From the NCBI GenBank assembly GCA_046483985.1, contig JAWOCD010000080.1:28096-92095 (forward strand): a stretch of 64,000 bases of DNA, read 5' to 3'. The notes under the pieces are model-generated. The model was not told the origin of the DNA. It ran no database searches and worked only from the letters and a program-made list of their open reading frames with translations. This DNA is from Promethearchaeia archaeon. GTDB lineage: Archaea > Asgardarchaeota > Lokiarchaeia > Sigyniarchaeales > SOKP01. The position numbers and the translations under genes are program-made. Below, one piece after another: positions 29,390 through 39,117 of the stretch (positions are counted from its first letter, which is position 1; every line of letters begins with the position of its first letter).

Positions 29390-29989
29390 TTAATATTCGA
29401 AAAATTCAATTAAACGGTTTTCTTTAGATAAATCTTCCATCCAATTTATTTTTCCTACTTTATATTTTTTAGTATCTATCTGATTTTTAATAATTCTAAT
29501 AATTATTTTCGCTGAATCTTTTGGAGATTTTGTAGTGGTATCTAATTCATAAATAGGTTTATTCAATTCTTTTTCAAGAAGAAAATTGGTACAATTCCCT
29601 AATATTTCTGCTTGAAGGTTTTCATAAATCTTTTTTTCTGAATACTCTCTTTCATTTAACCTTTCCTTTAGTATATCTGGATGACATCTAAGAATGAAAA
29701 TATAATCAATAAACTTACTGGGGATAATGTCTGCAAAATGGCCTTCAATTATTAAATATTTGAAACTTCGTTTTTCCAGATTTTTAATTTTTTTATTAAC
29801 ATAAGGAAGGAGTTTTTCAAAATCGGCAACATGAGTATCACGATCTTTATCGTAGCTGAGTGTAAATTTTTTTTTTATAACAATGTCATTTAAGGATAAT
29901 AGGTGAGTATTTTTCAAAATATCAGAAATATATTTAGATATAGTAGTTTTACCTGTTCCTGGAGAACCTGATATGATTAATTTTTTCAT
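29390..29989 (-). CDS. Adenylate kinase AK6/Fap7 family
   Basis: GSPGTGKT, IIEGH, LRCHP and ENLQAEI motifs. Confidence 0.85.
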   Translation of the reverse strand: MKKLIISGSPGTGKTTISKYISDILKNTHLLSLNDIVIKKKFTLSYDKDRDTHVADFEKLLPYVNKKIKNLEKRSFKYLIIEGHFADIIPSKFIDYIFILRCHPDILKERLNEREYSEKKIYENLQAEILGNCTNFLLEKELNKPIYELDTTTKSPKDSAKIIIRIIKNQIDTKKYKVGKINWMEDLSKENRLIEFFEY

Positions 29990-30065
29990 TGATAATAAGC
30001 ATGATTAAGGTTTTAATAGTATAAAGTTATGAAAGTCTTTAAAATTATTAGTTAATCTTTAGAAA

Positions 30066-30172
30066 TGGTGCGAAAGGGGGGCTTCGATCCCCCGGCCTCA
30101 CGGTTATCAGCCGTGCGCTCTTGGTAAATTTAGGTTATACCCCAATTTTATACCAAGCTAAGCCACTCTCGC
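30066..30172 (-). tRNA. tRNA-Ile(GAT), CCA encoded, with a 30-nt intron at the D-loop/D-stem junction (about 30120-30149)
   Basis: Acceptor GCGAGAG/CTTTCGC-ACCA, anticodon arm CACGG-CTGATAA-CCGTG, T-arm GGGGG-ATCGAAG-CCCCC; relaxed BHB on tggt/acca; boundary uncertain by 1 nt. Confidence 0.85.
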
Positions 30173-30328
30173 TTATTTTCTTGCTAGATTATTAAAAGTT
30201 TGGGAAAATAAAAGTTGATGCTTTTATTTCCCTAATATAGATTCTTTAAAAAATTTTTTCTTCTTTCTTTAAATCGGCTATATTGTAAAGAAAAATATTT
30301 AAATTAAGTTATAACAATAAGAATTGTA

Positions 30329-30760
30329 ATGCCGAAGATTTTAAATTATTCAATTGTCGGATTAGAAGATTATAATATCAGTTTTGAACAGTATTGTTCG
30401 GTATGTGAAATTCAAAGGCATTGTACTTGGGGAAAAGATAAGCCTTTTTCCGTGAGAATAAAATGCAGCGATTTAAATAACGCAAAGGAGAAAATAAAAT
30501 ATAAGCAACTAAAAAAATTACAAAAAACAGAGAGCTTGGATACTTCATATGATGATTTGATGGCAAAAGTCAGTATAAATCTGCAAGGAATTTTCTCAGA
30601 GATTTGGAAAGAAAAAATAAAATCAAAAAAGGAAGAGATTAGATGCTTAGATTCCCGTAAGACAGATCCATTATTGGTTTCCCAACAAGGACAAGATTGG
30701 TGGCGAGATTTTAATGCGACAATGAAAGAGATTAATAAAGAATGTGAAAAAATTAGATAA
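30329..30760 (+). CDS. Hypothetical Cys-containing protein
   Basis: CxxC-x4-C motif near N-terminus. Confidence 0.6.
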   Translation: MPKILNYSIVGLEDYNISFEQYCSVCEIQRHCTWGKDKPFSVRIKCSDLNNAKEKIKYKQLKKLQKTESLDTSYDDLMAKVSINLQGIFSEIWKEKIKSKKEEIRCLDSRKTDPLLVSQQGQDWWRDFNATMKEINKECEKIR

Positions 30761-30780
30761 AATCTCTGATTTTCTAATAA

Positions 30781-31416
30781 TCAAAGGAATAATTTTAGAT
30801 ATGTTGTGAAGCCAAATAAAAGTGCTTGAATAAGAGATTCTACTAAAATTAAAGCTGCTTTATTTGGGACAACTATTTTTCGTTTCCTGCTTAAGAGAAA
30901 ATAAGATAAGGTAAATAGTCTTAAATTTGCTTCAAAAGAGCCAAGGGCAAAACAATAATATAAACATTTATTAAAGACATCATTATCATGAGGTATTTCG
31001 CTAAAATAGTTAAGAAATTCATCTTGACCCGTCAGTAAATTTAATAGATTAAAAATATATTGATCAGATATTGGCTCTAGCAAGAAAATTAAAAGATACA
31101 AGAAATAATTAAACAAGATTCCAATTCCAGCAAATAAAGAAAAAAATCCAAAAAATACTCTTAATTTATTGAAAAAACGGTCTTTTTCGTCAAAATCTCT
31201 ATGTGGATTTTTGCTATCTTCCTTAAAAAATTTATAATTTAAAAGCGTTGATATACCAATAAAAATCAAGATTGTAACAAATATATATTTTAAATAAAAA
31301 AATAAAATGTCAAAGAATTCGACAAATGCATGAGCTATACCGGTAAATTGCTTTGTAACTTCAATGGGCTTTAAATCACCACTCCAGCTTCGTTCAGTTT
31401 TTAGCATAAATATCAA
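30781..31416 (-). CDS. Membrane protein
   Basis: Hydrophobic segments. Confidence 0.5.
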   Translation of the reverse strand: MIFMLKTERSWSGDLKPIEVTKQFTGIAHAFVEFFDILFFYLKYIFVTILIFIGISTLLNYKFFKEDSKNPHRDFDEKDRFFNKLRVFFGFFSLFAGIGILFNYFLYLLIFLLEPISDQYIFNLLNLLTGQDEFLNYFSEIPHDNDVFNKCLYYCFALGSFEANLRLFTLSYFLLSRKRKIVVPNKAALILVESLIQALLFGFTTYLKLFL

Positions 31417-31430
31417 TAAGTTGAAAGTAA

Positions 31431-32966
31431 TTAGGTTTCATTTAATTCAATTTTATATTTATTTAAGAATTTCGTGAGATTTTCCTCCATTCTTTTTAAC
31501 TTTTGAATTTCAGTTTTGACTATAATAGACCTTACAAAAAAATCGTCAGAGTTAGGAGATATCTTTTTAGATTCTCGCTCTTTAAACTTTTCAAATTCTC
31601 TAAAAAATGCCGTTAAACTTGCTCTTAAGGATAAGCTTTTTGTAGGTCTAATAGAGAAAGAACCAAATTCTAAAAATTCTCTGGTCTTCCACCATTGGGG
31701 GATATAATTTATTGTTCCTAATTTATTTCTTAGTTTATTTATGTGATTGTAATTAAAAGTACCTGGGAAATGGGAATATAATTTAATGTTGTAATTAATA
31801 ACATCTTTCGTATCTTGGGATTTCAATTGATTTATTTTTTCAAAAGTATGACGGATCGAATTTAGTGACTCCCCCGGATGATTAAATAAAATATTTAAAA
31901 TATATGGATATTCGAGTTCTTGATTTGTTTTAAATATCTTCTTAAATTTACTTAAATATCGCTTCGGGTTACTTGTTTTATTCATAATATAAAGTAAATG
32001 ATGAGAAAAAGTTTCTAAACCATACATCAGATAAAATTTCTTCTGTTGTAGTCGTTTTAATAAGTCATAATTAAGGATATCGAGCCTTGTTTCTAACCAG
32101 ATTGATTTATGTTCTTCAAAGTGGAAAAGGTCTAATAATTTATTCACCCATTTCTTTTGTAAGCCGAAAATGGGATCATAGAAACCAAATTCGGTTATAC
32201 CGTTATTATATCCGTATTCTATCATCACCTTTATTTCTTTAATTGCCCTTTTTGGGGAATATGATCTCCATCTCCTTAAATGTTTAGAATTTTCCGAGAT
32301 GGTTTTCTCCATACAGAATCTACAGTTAAAAGGGCATCCACGAGATAATGAAATACTTATATGATTAAAGTTTTTAATATATTTATCAAAAAGTGTAAAA
32401 TCAAGTGGAGGTAATGTATCTAAATTCTCTAAAGGGTCTCCCAAAATCCGTTTCGGCTGATCTTGTTTCTTCGTATTATTGTCAATAAGTTTATAGAGTG
32501 CAATTTCCCCTTCTCCGGTTATAATATAATCCATAGGAGACCCTTTATATTTGAAATCGTTCGGACAAGCGGATGCATGAGCTCCCCCAAATACCAGAAT
32601 TGCAGGATTATAGTTTTTTTGAAAAAATCCCCCTAAAATCTTTGAAGATATAAATTGATTGGACGTTGTACCCGAAATACAAATTAAACATTCCTCATCC
32701 AGTTGAAATTCGAGTTGTTCTATAAGTTTATTCATCTCATTAGGAAAATTGTTATTATTTGATCCAATATCTTGTATATTCAGATTTCCTTTCTTTTGCT
32801 CAACAGGTAGATATAAAATGTCGAAATTCAGAGCAGAATTTTTCGACTTCAAGAAGTTTTCCAGATAAATTGGCCAGATTAAAATTTCATATGATAATTG
32901 TTTTTTAAAAAATTCAAAAGGTTGAATAAATAGGACATTTTTAATCATATTATTCGATCTACACAT
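31431..32966 (-). CDS. B12-binding-domain radical SAM protein
   Basis: GGAHAS, GEGE, SRGCPFNCRFC and GLET motifs. Confidence 0.85.
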   Translation of the reverse strand: MCRSNNMIKNVLFIQPFEFFKKQLSYEILIWPIYLENFLKSKNSALNFDILYLPVEQKKGNLNIQDIGSNNNNFPNEMNKLIEQLEFQLDEECLICISGTTSNQFISSKILGGFFQKNYNPAILVFGGAHASACPNDFKYKGSPMDYIITGEGEIALYKLIDNNTKKQDQPKRILGDPLENLDTLPPLDFTLFDKYIKNFNHISISLSRGCPFNCRFCMEKTISENSKHLRRWRSYSPKRAIKEIKVMIEYGYNNGITEFGFYDPIFGLQKKWVNKLLDLFHFEEHKSIWLETRLDILNYDLLKRLQQKKFYLMYGLETFSHHLLYIMNKTSNPKRYLSKFKKIFKTNQELEYPYILNILFNHPGESLNSIRHTFEKINQLKSQDTKDVINYNIKLYSHFPGTFNYNHINKLRNKLGTINYIPQWWKTREFLEFGSFSIRPTKSLSLRASLTAFFREFEKFKERESKKISPNSDDFFVRSIIVKTEIQKLKRMEENLTKFLNKYKIELNET

Positions 32967-32996
32967 ATCTTTAAAAACACCCCTTTTGATTTTTTC

Positions 32997-34463
32997 TTGT
33001 ACTTTTTAAAGAATCAAGAGTATCTAATTGTGATTTTAATGTCGAATGAGTATGCTTTCCTAATAAAAGAGCGTGAAAAAGAATTAACTGATTTTCTGAG
33101 ATCAAAAGGAAAAATAAAAGCGGCACTCCTTTATAAAATTGAAAAGAAAATCAGTATAATAAAAAACGATAGTAAAAGTCTCATAAAATTTATTTTTACT
33201 TTATTGAAAGAGGACAAAATCGACATCATAATTCCAAAGTTACTAAAAAGGACGTATGAAAAAAAAAGAATTAATTTTTCAAAGTATTTAATTGACGGAA
33301 CCTATATAATTAGTAACTACCAGCCAATCGACTTAAGAGAAAATACAAATCTTCCAGATGAGCCACAAAATACCTTTTTTCTTGACTCAAGAAATATGGA
33401 TAGAGACTCATTTAAAACCCAGAATTTTTGCAATTTTCTTATTGAATTAATCAAAAATCATCCCTTAATTAAAAGGCGAATTATCATACTTTTGCGAACA
33501 ATTAATTCGTCTAAAAAATACAAGAGTTTAGGACTATCGAACAAATTAAATAATTCTATTCATGGTTTAAAATCCAGAGAGGAAAATATACGGAAAATAA
33601 AACTCTCATTAGCAAAGCAAAAAGAAATTATCGAAAATATTAAAAGATATCGAAATAAAAATATGTGTTTTTATATTCCATTAATAGAGGCTTTACATAA
33701 AAGAATTATAGAAATTAAACAAAAATATTATCTGAAATCCGAAGAAAATAGACAAAAACTAAAAAAGTTAACCGAACTATTTGCGTATTATTGTCTAAAA
33801 TTTGTATTTTCTGAGTGGGTTGAAATCCAAAAACCTAATCCCTACAAATGGGAAACCTTTTTCAAAAAATTTGATTTGCCTATTAAAATTATAAAATTGG
33901 ATTTCAAATCTCTTAAATTCTCAGGAAAAACATTCGAATCCGAAGTATTAATTACATTTTTGGTATATATTAATTCTGAAAAAACTAATTTAATCCAAGT
34001 ACTGAAGAACTATGGATATAAAATCTTCAATAATTTCACTGGTAGTACCAAAACTGCAATTGGAGCAGAACTCAGTATTTATATGCCTTGTCCTTCAATT
34101 GAATATTTTTTTTTCATATTTAAATATATTTGCTATTATAATCTATTTCTCCTATATCATCATTGCTTTCCATATTTTAACAAGCTAAATAGAGAAATAA
34201 GAACCAATAAAAAAGAAAAAAACTTTTATAAATTATTTTTTCCAGTTTTGCAACCTTTATTTAATTTAAAGAAGCAAGAAATGAATAAAAATCTAAACTT
34301 TAAGTTTAATACATTAAATCCAGATGTTTTAGAAGTAATATTTAATAAATATTTAATCTCCCAAATTAAAAATATCGAGTTACCTCTTTTTAGATATTTT
34401 TTAATGAGATTTCAAGAAATTTCTAAGAATGATTCCCATAATCTTCCCACAGAATCCGAGTAA
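32997..34463 (+). CDS. Hypothetical protein
   Basis: 488-aa AT-rich ORF; true start may be the downstream ATG. Confidence 0.5.
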   Translation: MYFLKNQEYLIVILMSNEYAFLIKEREKELTDFLRSKGKIKAALLYKIEKKISIIKNDSKSLIKFIFTLLKEDKIDIIIPKLLKRTYEKKRINFSKYLIDGTYIISNYQPIDLRENTNLPDEPQNTFFLDSRNMDRDSFKTQNFCNFLIELIKNHPLIKRRIIILLRTINSSKKYKSLGLSNKLNNSIHGLKSREENIRKIKLSLAKQKEIIENIKRYRNKNMCFYIPLIEALHKRIIEIKQKYYLKSEENRQKLKKLTELFAYYCLKFVFSEWVEIQKPNPYKWETFFKKFDLPIKIIKLDFKSLKFSGKTFESEVLITFLVYINSEKTNLIQVLKNYGYKIFNNFTGSTKTAIGAELSIYMPCPSIEYFFFIFKYICYYNLFLLYHHCFPYFNKLNREIRTNKKEKNFYKLFFPVLQPLFNLKKQEMNKNLNFKFNTLNPDVLEVIFNKYLISQIKNIELPLFRYFLMRFQEISKNDSHNLPTESE

Positions 34464-34644
34464 GACCGAAAGATTTATATATTTGATTGGAATATAAAAT
34501 AGTAGATATAAAGTAATTTTTGATACATTTCATTTCATATCTTTAATTAAACGGGGTTCCAATTTTTTCGTATTTGTATTATTGGTTATTGGATATAAAT
34601 CAATATTTTGTTCTATTTAAATATACTAAAAAGGGGTAAATTTT

Positions 34645-35532
34645 ATGGATATAAGTACTAGAGTAAAAAAGGATTTAAATTCATGTCCAGAATGTGGGGG
34701 AAAAGTTCTTTCAGTTAAAGAAAAGGGGGAGGTCGTATGTGGACAGTGCGGTCTAGTTATTAAGGAAAAAGTTTTAGATACTGCCCATAGTGGGAAAAGA
34801 GCCTTTACAAAACAAGAAAAACAAAAAAGGGAAAGAACAGGTGCTCCCATCTCTGTTTTGCTTCCAGACTTGGGTTTAAGTACAGTAATTGATAAATCAA
34901 GTATTAAAAACCCTGATTTAAAGAGGGCAGCACAATGGAATTCGAGAATGTCATGGGATAAAAGGAATATGTTGATTGCAACAACCGAATTGAAGAGAAT
35001 AGCCAGTAACTTAAATCTTCCCAAACATATCAAAAAGACTGCTATAATCCTTTACAAGAAGGCATTCAAGAAAAAATTATTGAGAGGGAGATCAATTAAT
35101 GGGATGGTTGCGGCTTGTCTTTATTTTGCTTGCAGAAAGAAACGTTTACCTCGGACCTTACAAGAGATTTTGGACGAAACTTCAGTTGAAGCTAAAAATA
35201 TAAGAAGATGTTATAAAACATTAATAAGGGAATTTAAATTGAAAGTGCCTATCATAGATCCTATTTCGCTTATTCCTCGATATATTGCTACACTAAATTT
35301 GAATTCGGAAATTGAGAATAAAACAATTAAGCTTCTCAGAGTATTTTTGTCCAAGTATACAATTAGTGGTAAGGATCCTAAGGGATTATGTGCCGGTGGA
35401 TTATATTTAATTTGTAAACTTTCCAACAAAAAAATAAGCCAAAAAGATATTGCTAATTTGATTGGGGTAACAGAAGTCACCTTGAGATCCAGATATAAAG
35501 AACTTGTGAGAGTTTTCAATATCTCAATCTAA
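34645..35532 (+). CDS. tfb: Transcription initiation factor IIB
   Basis: CPECG...CGQCG zinc ribbon, RGRS, GKDPKG and GVTEVTLRSRY motifs. Confidence 0.95.
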   Translation: MDISTRVKKDLNSCPECGGKVLSVKEKGEVVCGQCGLVIKEKVLDTAHSGKRAFTKQEKQKRERTGAPISVLLPDLGLSTVIDKSSIKNPDLKRAAQWNSRMSWDKRNMLIATTELKRIASNLNLPKHIKKTAIILYKKAFKKKLLRGRSINGMVAACLYFACRKKRLPRTLQEILDETSVEAKNIRRCYKTLIREFKLKVPIIDPISLIPRYIATLNLNSEIENKTIKLLRVFLSKYTISGKDPKGLCAGGLYLICKLSNKKISQKDIANLIGVTEVTLRSRYKELVRVFNISI

Positions 35533-35552
35533 TTTTTCTCCCAAAAAATTTT

Positions 35553-36146
35553 TCATTCTTTTTCTTTTTCCAATAATAATTTTATAAAATCGGGTAAAGT
35601 CAGTAAATAACTTTGAGCATTAGGTAATTGATTTTTTATCTTTATGAATAATTGAGAATAATGATGGGCCTTTTCCTTTTGTTCTAAAACATCATTTCTT
35701 TTTTGTTCCCTAATTCTTTCAACGGGAATTCCCTTCATTACGGCTCTTGTGGGTATAACTAATCCAGGAGGGACTTGGCTTTTCTCAAGAATAACAACCC
35801 CTTCACCTATTGAAGTTTCCTCAAAGATCAAAGATCCTTCTAATATTTGCACATAGTCTTCTAAAAATGAACCCAAGATTGTAACTCCTGTTTCAATAAT
35901 GCAATATCTTCCAATGTTTATTGGACTCTTTTTTGATTTAGTAAATAAAATTACTCCATTAAAAATTGTTGAATATTCTCCAATATTTATAGTTGAATTT
36001 TCTGCTCTTAAAATTGAACCCGGCCATACTATTGCGTTATCATTCACTGTAACATCTCCAATTAATGTTGCCATTGGACTAACATATGCATTTTCGCTGA
36101 TTTTTGGTTCTTTTCCATTATATTCTAATAATACCATTTTTATCAA
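35553..36146 (-). CDS. Gamma-carbonic-anhydrase-like left-handed beta-helix protein lacking Zn-binding His residues
   Basis: Hexapeptide repeats, IGDV, LRAE, GIP; no His at the metal-ligand positions. Confidence 0.8.
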   Translation of the reverse strand: MIKMVLLEYNGKEPKISENAYVSPMATLIGDVTVNDNAIVWPGSILRAENSTINIGEYSTIFNGVILFTKSKKSPINIGRYCIIETGVTILGSFLEDYVQILEGSLIFEETSIGEGVVILEKSQVPPGLVIPTRAVMKGIPVERIREQKRNDVLEQKEKAHHYSQLFIKIKNQLPNAQSYLLTLPDFIKLLLEKEKE

Positions 36147-36261
36147 TTGTTATTTTGTTCTTTAATTAAAGATTAAATTAAATAATATTTAAAAAAATTT
36201 ATTACCATATGGTAATTTGAATTTTGATAAATAAAAAATTTTTTTATACAAATGTTTAGAT

Positions 36262-37077
36262 TTAATAACTTTCCATAGGATATTTTAACTCAAAAAAAAA
36301 GACTTTCTTCTTGGGGAATTCTAAACTGAGAACTTTATGAAACTTTTTCAAGGTTAAATACAGTATTTTAAAAAAGGGGATATCAATAATGCAAAGATTT
36401 ATTTCTTTAGCAAAAAGGAGTTGTTTAGTACGAATATTACAAGAGATTAAGCAATCACATCTAGAATCAAAAACCTTCTTAATAATTCTAATATTTGTAA
36501 TTTTCGCGGCTATAATACAAATTCTTTCTATATTTTGATTGAGATCACCAGAATAACGAATATTGTTCAATTCAAATATATTTTTAACCCTCTTTATTAA
36601 ATTTTCAAATAAAAATGATTTATTGGAAATTGGATACTTCTTAGGTATACAGATTCTTCCAATTGGAATATTATCCTTGTCCTGATGAATTTTAAAGAGA
36701 TTCTCAATTTTTAGATATAAAATATCTCCAAGGGTAGCCGATGTTCCATACTCTGAACATATAATTGAAGAATTTAAAGTATATATTAATGGAGATAATT
36801 TGGATAATAGATTTAATTTTTTAATTAATAAATCATCGAAGCGGGATATAGGTTTTTCCAGAAGGCCAAAATAAGTAATAATCAAATTTATTTTATTTTT
36901 AATTGCAAAAATCAACGATTTATATGATAGAGTAAGAGTAACCAGAATTTTATGAACCAGATAATCATCAATAGAATTTTTGGGCTGATATTCTAATCCA
37001 AAAAACTTTTTATTAAGATTATAATACTCTGAAGCGAAATTGTGCTCAATAAAGGAGATAATATTTAATGCGGACAT
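36262..37077 (-). CDS. Degenerate Nif3/YbgI-like protein
   Basis: GL, ILVTLTL, NLIITY and IGRI skeleton retained; HH and other metal ligands absent. Confidence 0.65.
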   Translation of the reverse strand: MSALNIISFIEHNFASEYYNLNKKFFGLEYQPKNSIDDYLVHKILVTLTLSYKSLIFAIKNKINLIITYFGLLEKPISRFDDLLIKKLNLLSKLSPLIYTLNSSIICSEYGTSATLGDILYLKIENLFKIHQDKDNIPIGRICIPKKYPISNKSFLFENLIKRVKNIFELNNIRYSGDLNQNIERICIIAAKITNIRIIKKVFDSRCDCLISCNIRTKQLLFAKEINLCIIDIPFFKILYLTLKKFHKVLSLEFPKKKVFFFELKYPMESY

Positions 37078-37188
37078 AATTATATTACCAAATTTCTTAA
37101 AACAATAAATTTAGTTATGTATGAAAAAAATAAATAAGGAGACTATAAATTTAGTTATTATATTAAAAATTTTAATTTGTGATATGAA

Positions 37189-37602
37189 ATGAATGAAGAA
37201 GAGTGTATCTTTTGTAAAATAGCGAAAAATCAGATTCCATCCAAAAAAATATACGAAGATGAGAAGGTAATTGGATTCCTTGATATTTTTCCCGTTTCAA
37301 AAGGTCATACTGTTATTATTCCTAAAGAGCATTTTGAGGCTATTGATACTATTGATACCGAACCTTTAATCCATGTTATGAAAGCGGTAAAAAAGCTATC
37401 TTCCCTTATTTTAAACAAACTTCATCCTGATGGTTTAAATATTGTTCAGAATAATTATCAAGCTGCAGGACAAGTTGTAAAGCATTTTCATATTCATATA
37501 ATACCGAGAACCAAAAATGATAAAAAAATTCAAGTATTTACACCTGAAAACCGGGCAACTGACGAGGAACTTGATGAAATCCTAGACATTTTAAAACAAT
37601 AA
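37189..37602 (+). CDS. HIT family nucleotide hydrolase
   Basis: CIFCKI, GHTVIIPK and AGQVVKHFHIHIIPR motifs. Confidence 0.95.
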   Translation: MNEEECIFCKIAKNQIPSKKIYEDEKVIGFLDIFPVSKGHTVIIPKEHFEAIDTIDTEPLIHVMKAVKKLSSLILNKLHPDGLNIVQNNYQAAGQVVKHFHIHIIPRTKNDKKIQVFTPENRATDEELDEILDILKQ

Positions 37603-37664
37603 TTTTTTAAATTTTTTTTTAAGAAAGTGTATTTTAAATATCTATAATTGGATTACTTATTATT

Positions 37665-37886
37665 ATGGTTAAGAGAACCAGATTGGAGAAAATTAAAGAT
37701 CTTTTGAAAGAAAAGTTAAAACAATTCTTGAAAGATGAATATGGTGGAACTTTAGTTGAATATGCATTAATTGTTGGATTTGCTATATTTATGTTCCTCA
37801 TAATAATAGGAACAATTTATTCTCATATTGATTGGACATTAAACCAATCAGATAATTTCTTTGATCTAATTAAGGGGCTTAGATAA
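37665..37886 (+). CDS. Flp-type (type IVb/c) pilin-like protein
   Basis: FLKDEYG/GTLVEYAL: Gly at -1, Glu+5 and Tyr+6, hydrophobic helix, 73 aa. Confidence 0.75.
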   Translation: MVKRTRLEKIKDLLKEKLKQFLKDEYGGTLVEYALIVGFAIFMFLIIIGTIYSHIDWTLNQSDNFFDLIKGLR

Positions 37887-37934
37887 AGAGAATTTAAAGC
37901 AATTTTTTAATTCTGAGCAGAATTAATCAAATTA

Positions 37935-38327
37935 TTATTTTCTTTTTTTAATTTTATCATTTTCATAAAAAATGTGGAATTTTTCTTGCCAATCAGGCAA
38001 TTTATCGAAGAAATAATCAATATCAATTTTTAGATATTTTAAAAAGTGAGATATGGGGATTCTATCAGCTGCTTTAAGAATATTATCAATTTTTTCTTCA
38101 ATAACCTCTGAATGTTTATATTTTTTCTTCCTTTTCTGTTCTAATAATTTCTGTTTTTCTTCTCTTAACTTCTCTAAAAGAGTAAGATTATCCGGATCAT
38201 CAAAGAAATTTTCCACTATTTTGCTTATTACCTGTGCTTTAGTGGGAGCATATACATCTATAAGCTCTTCAACTTTTTTCATATAATTGGTGGTCAAGGT
38301 CACCGTTGTTCTTTTTGTGTCAGTCAT
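37935..38327 (-). CDS. Ribbon-helix-helix DNA-binding protein
   Basis: N-terminal KRTTVTL strand followed by ...TKAQVISKIVE helix. Confidence 0.65.
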   Translation of the reverse strand: MTDTKRTTVTLTTNYMKKVEELIDVYAPTKAQVISKIVENFFDDPDNLTLLEKLREEKQKLLEQKRKKKYKHSEVIEEKIDNILKAADRIPISHFLKYLKIDIDYFFDKLPDWQEKFHIFYENDKIKKRK

Positions 38328-38386
38328 CGATCAATTCACATTTTTTATGTTATAAATAGTAAAATCGACATATAAATCTTATGTTA

Positions 38387-38409
38387 ATTTATGTTATTAT
38401 AACATAAAT
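38387..38409. promoter_or_regulatory. Perfect 11-bp palindrome, candidate operator
   Basis: atttatgttat-t-ataacataaat; ttatgtta also at 38345 and 38379. Confidence 0.55.
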
Positions 38410-38514
38410 AAGCATACTTATATATCTTTTCTTTCTATATATTATTAAAAATAACTCGATGATTTTAATTCTAAAATCTGTCGAATAATTGTCGAAAAAA
38501 GGAGGAAGATATTT

Positions 38515-38769
38515 ATGGCCAATGAAATTTTTAAGAAACTTAATCAATCAAATAACTTTTTTACTCCACTTCAGTCAAACCTACTAAAAGTTCTAAAAAA
38601 TTCAGGACCAGCAACAAGAAAAGCACTTGTAAAAAAACTACAAACTCCTCGAACAACAATTTACGATAATTTGGTAAAACTACAAAAACAAAAATTAGTT
38701 GAAAAATTCTCCAGAAATAATGGAAAACGAGGAAGACCAAAAGTTTTTTGGAAATTAAAAAACAAATAA
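38515..38769 (+). CDS. Small winged-HTH regulator (TrmB-like)
   Basis: GPATRKALVKKLQTPRTTIYDNLVKL...GRPKVFW. Confidence 0.85.
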   Translation: MANEIFKKLNQSNNFFTPLQSNLLKVLKNSGPATRKALVKKLQTPRTTIYDNLVKLQKQKLVEKFSRNNGKRGRPKVFWKLKNK

Positions 38770-38890
38770 AAGAAAAGAATTTAGATATTTTTTTAATTTT
38801 TAATTTTTTTCTTTATTTTTATAGTCCTTGAAACTTTATAATGTCAATTTTATGTTTTATTAAATTGTTAAATAATAAATTTTGATAAAG

Positions 38891-39073
38891 ACTCCTTTAT
38901 TTCCACTGGAGAAAAATATATTAAAAATAATTTTATTAAACATATTCATATATATTATTAAAAATATACCCCAGCTAGACTATTAGCTAAAATATATAAA
39001 ATATATTATTAAACAAAAAACAAAATAATACTTCAATTGATTATATTTTAATCTCCAATAGAAATAAAGGGGA
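38891..39073. other. oriC: Candidate replication origin: inverted ORB pair flanking an AT-rich DUE
   Basis: CTCCAGTGGAAATAAAGGAGT (minus strand, 38891-38911) and CTCCAATAGAAATAAAGGGGA (plus strand, 39053-39073) in a 348-bp gene-free gap. Confidence 0.7.
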
Positions 39074-39117
39074 TCCTCACAAGAGTTAAGAAAAAAAAAT
39101 TAGGTAAATTATAAAAA

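Noticed and set aside
30329-32966. RiPP cluster around the B12 radical SAM enzyme
   Set aside because: No convincing precursor peptide, SPASM/RRE domain, protease or transporter nearby.
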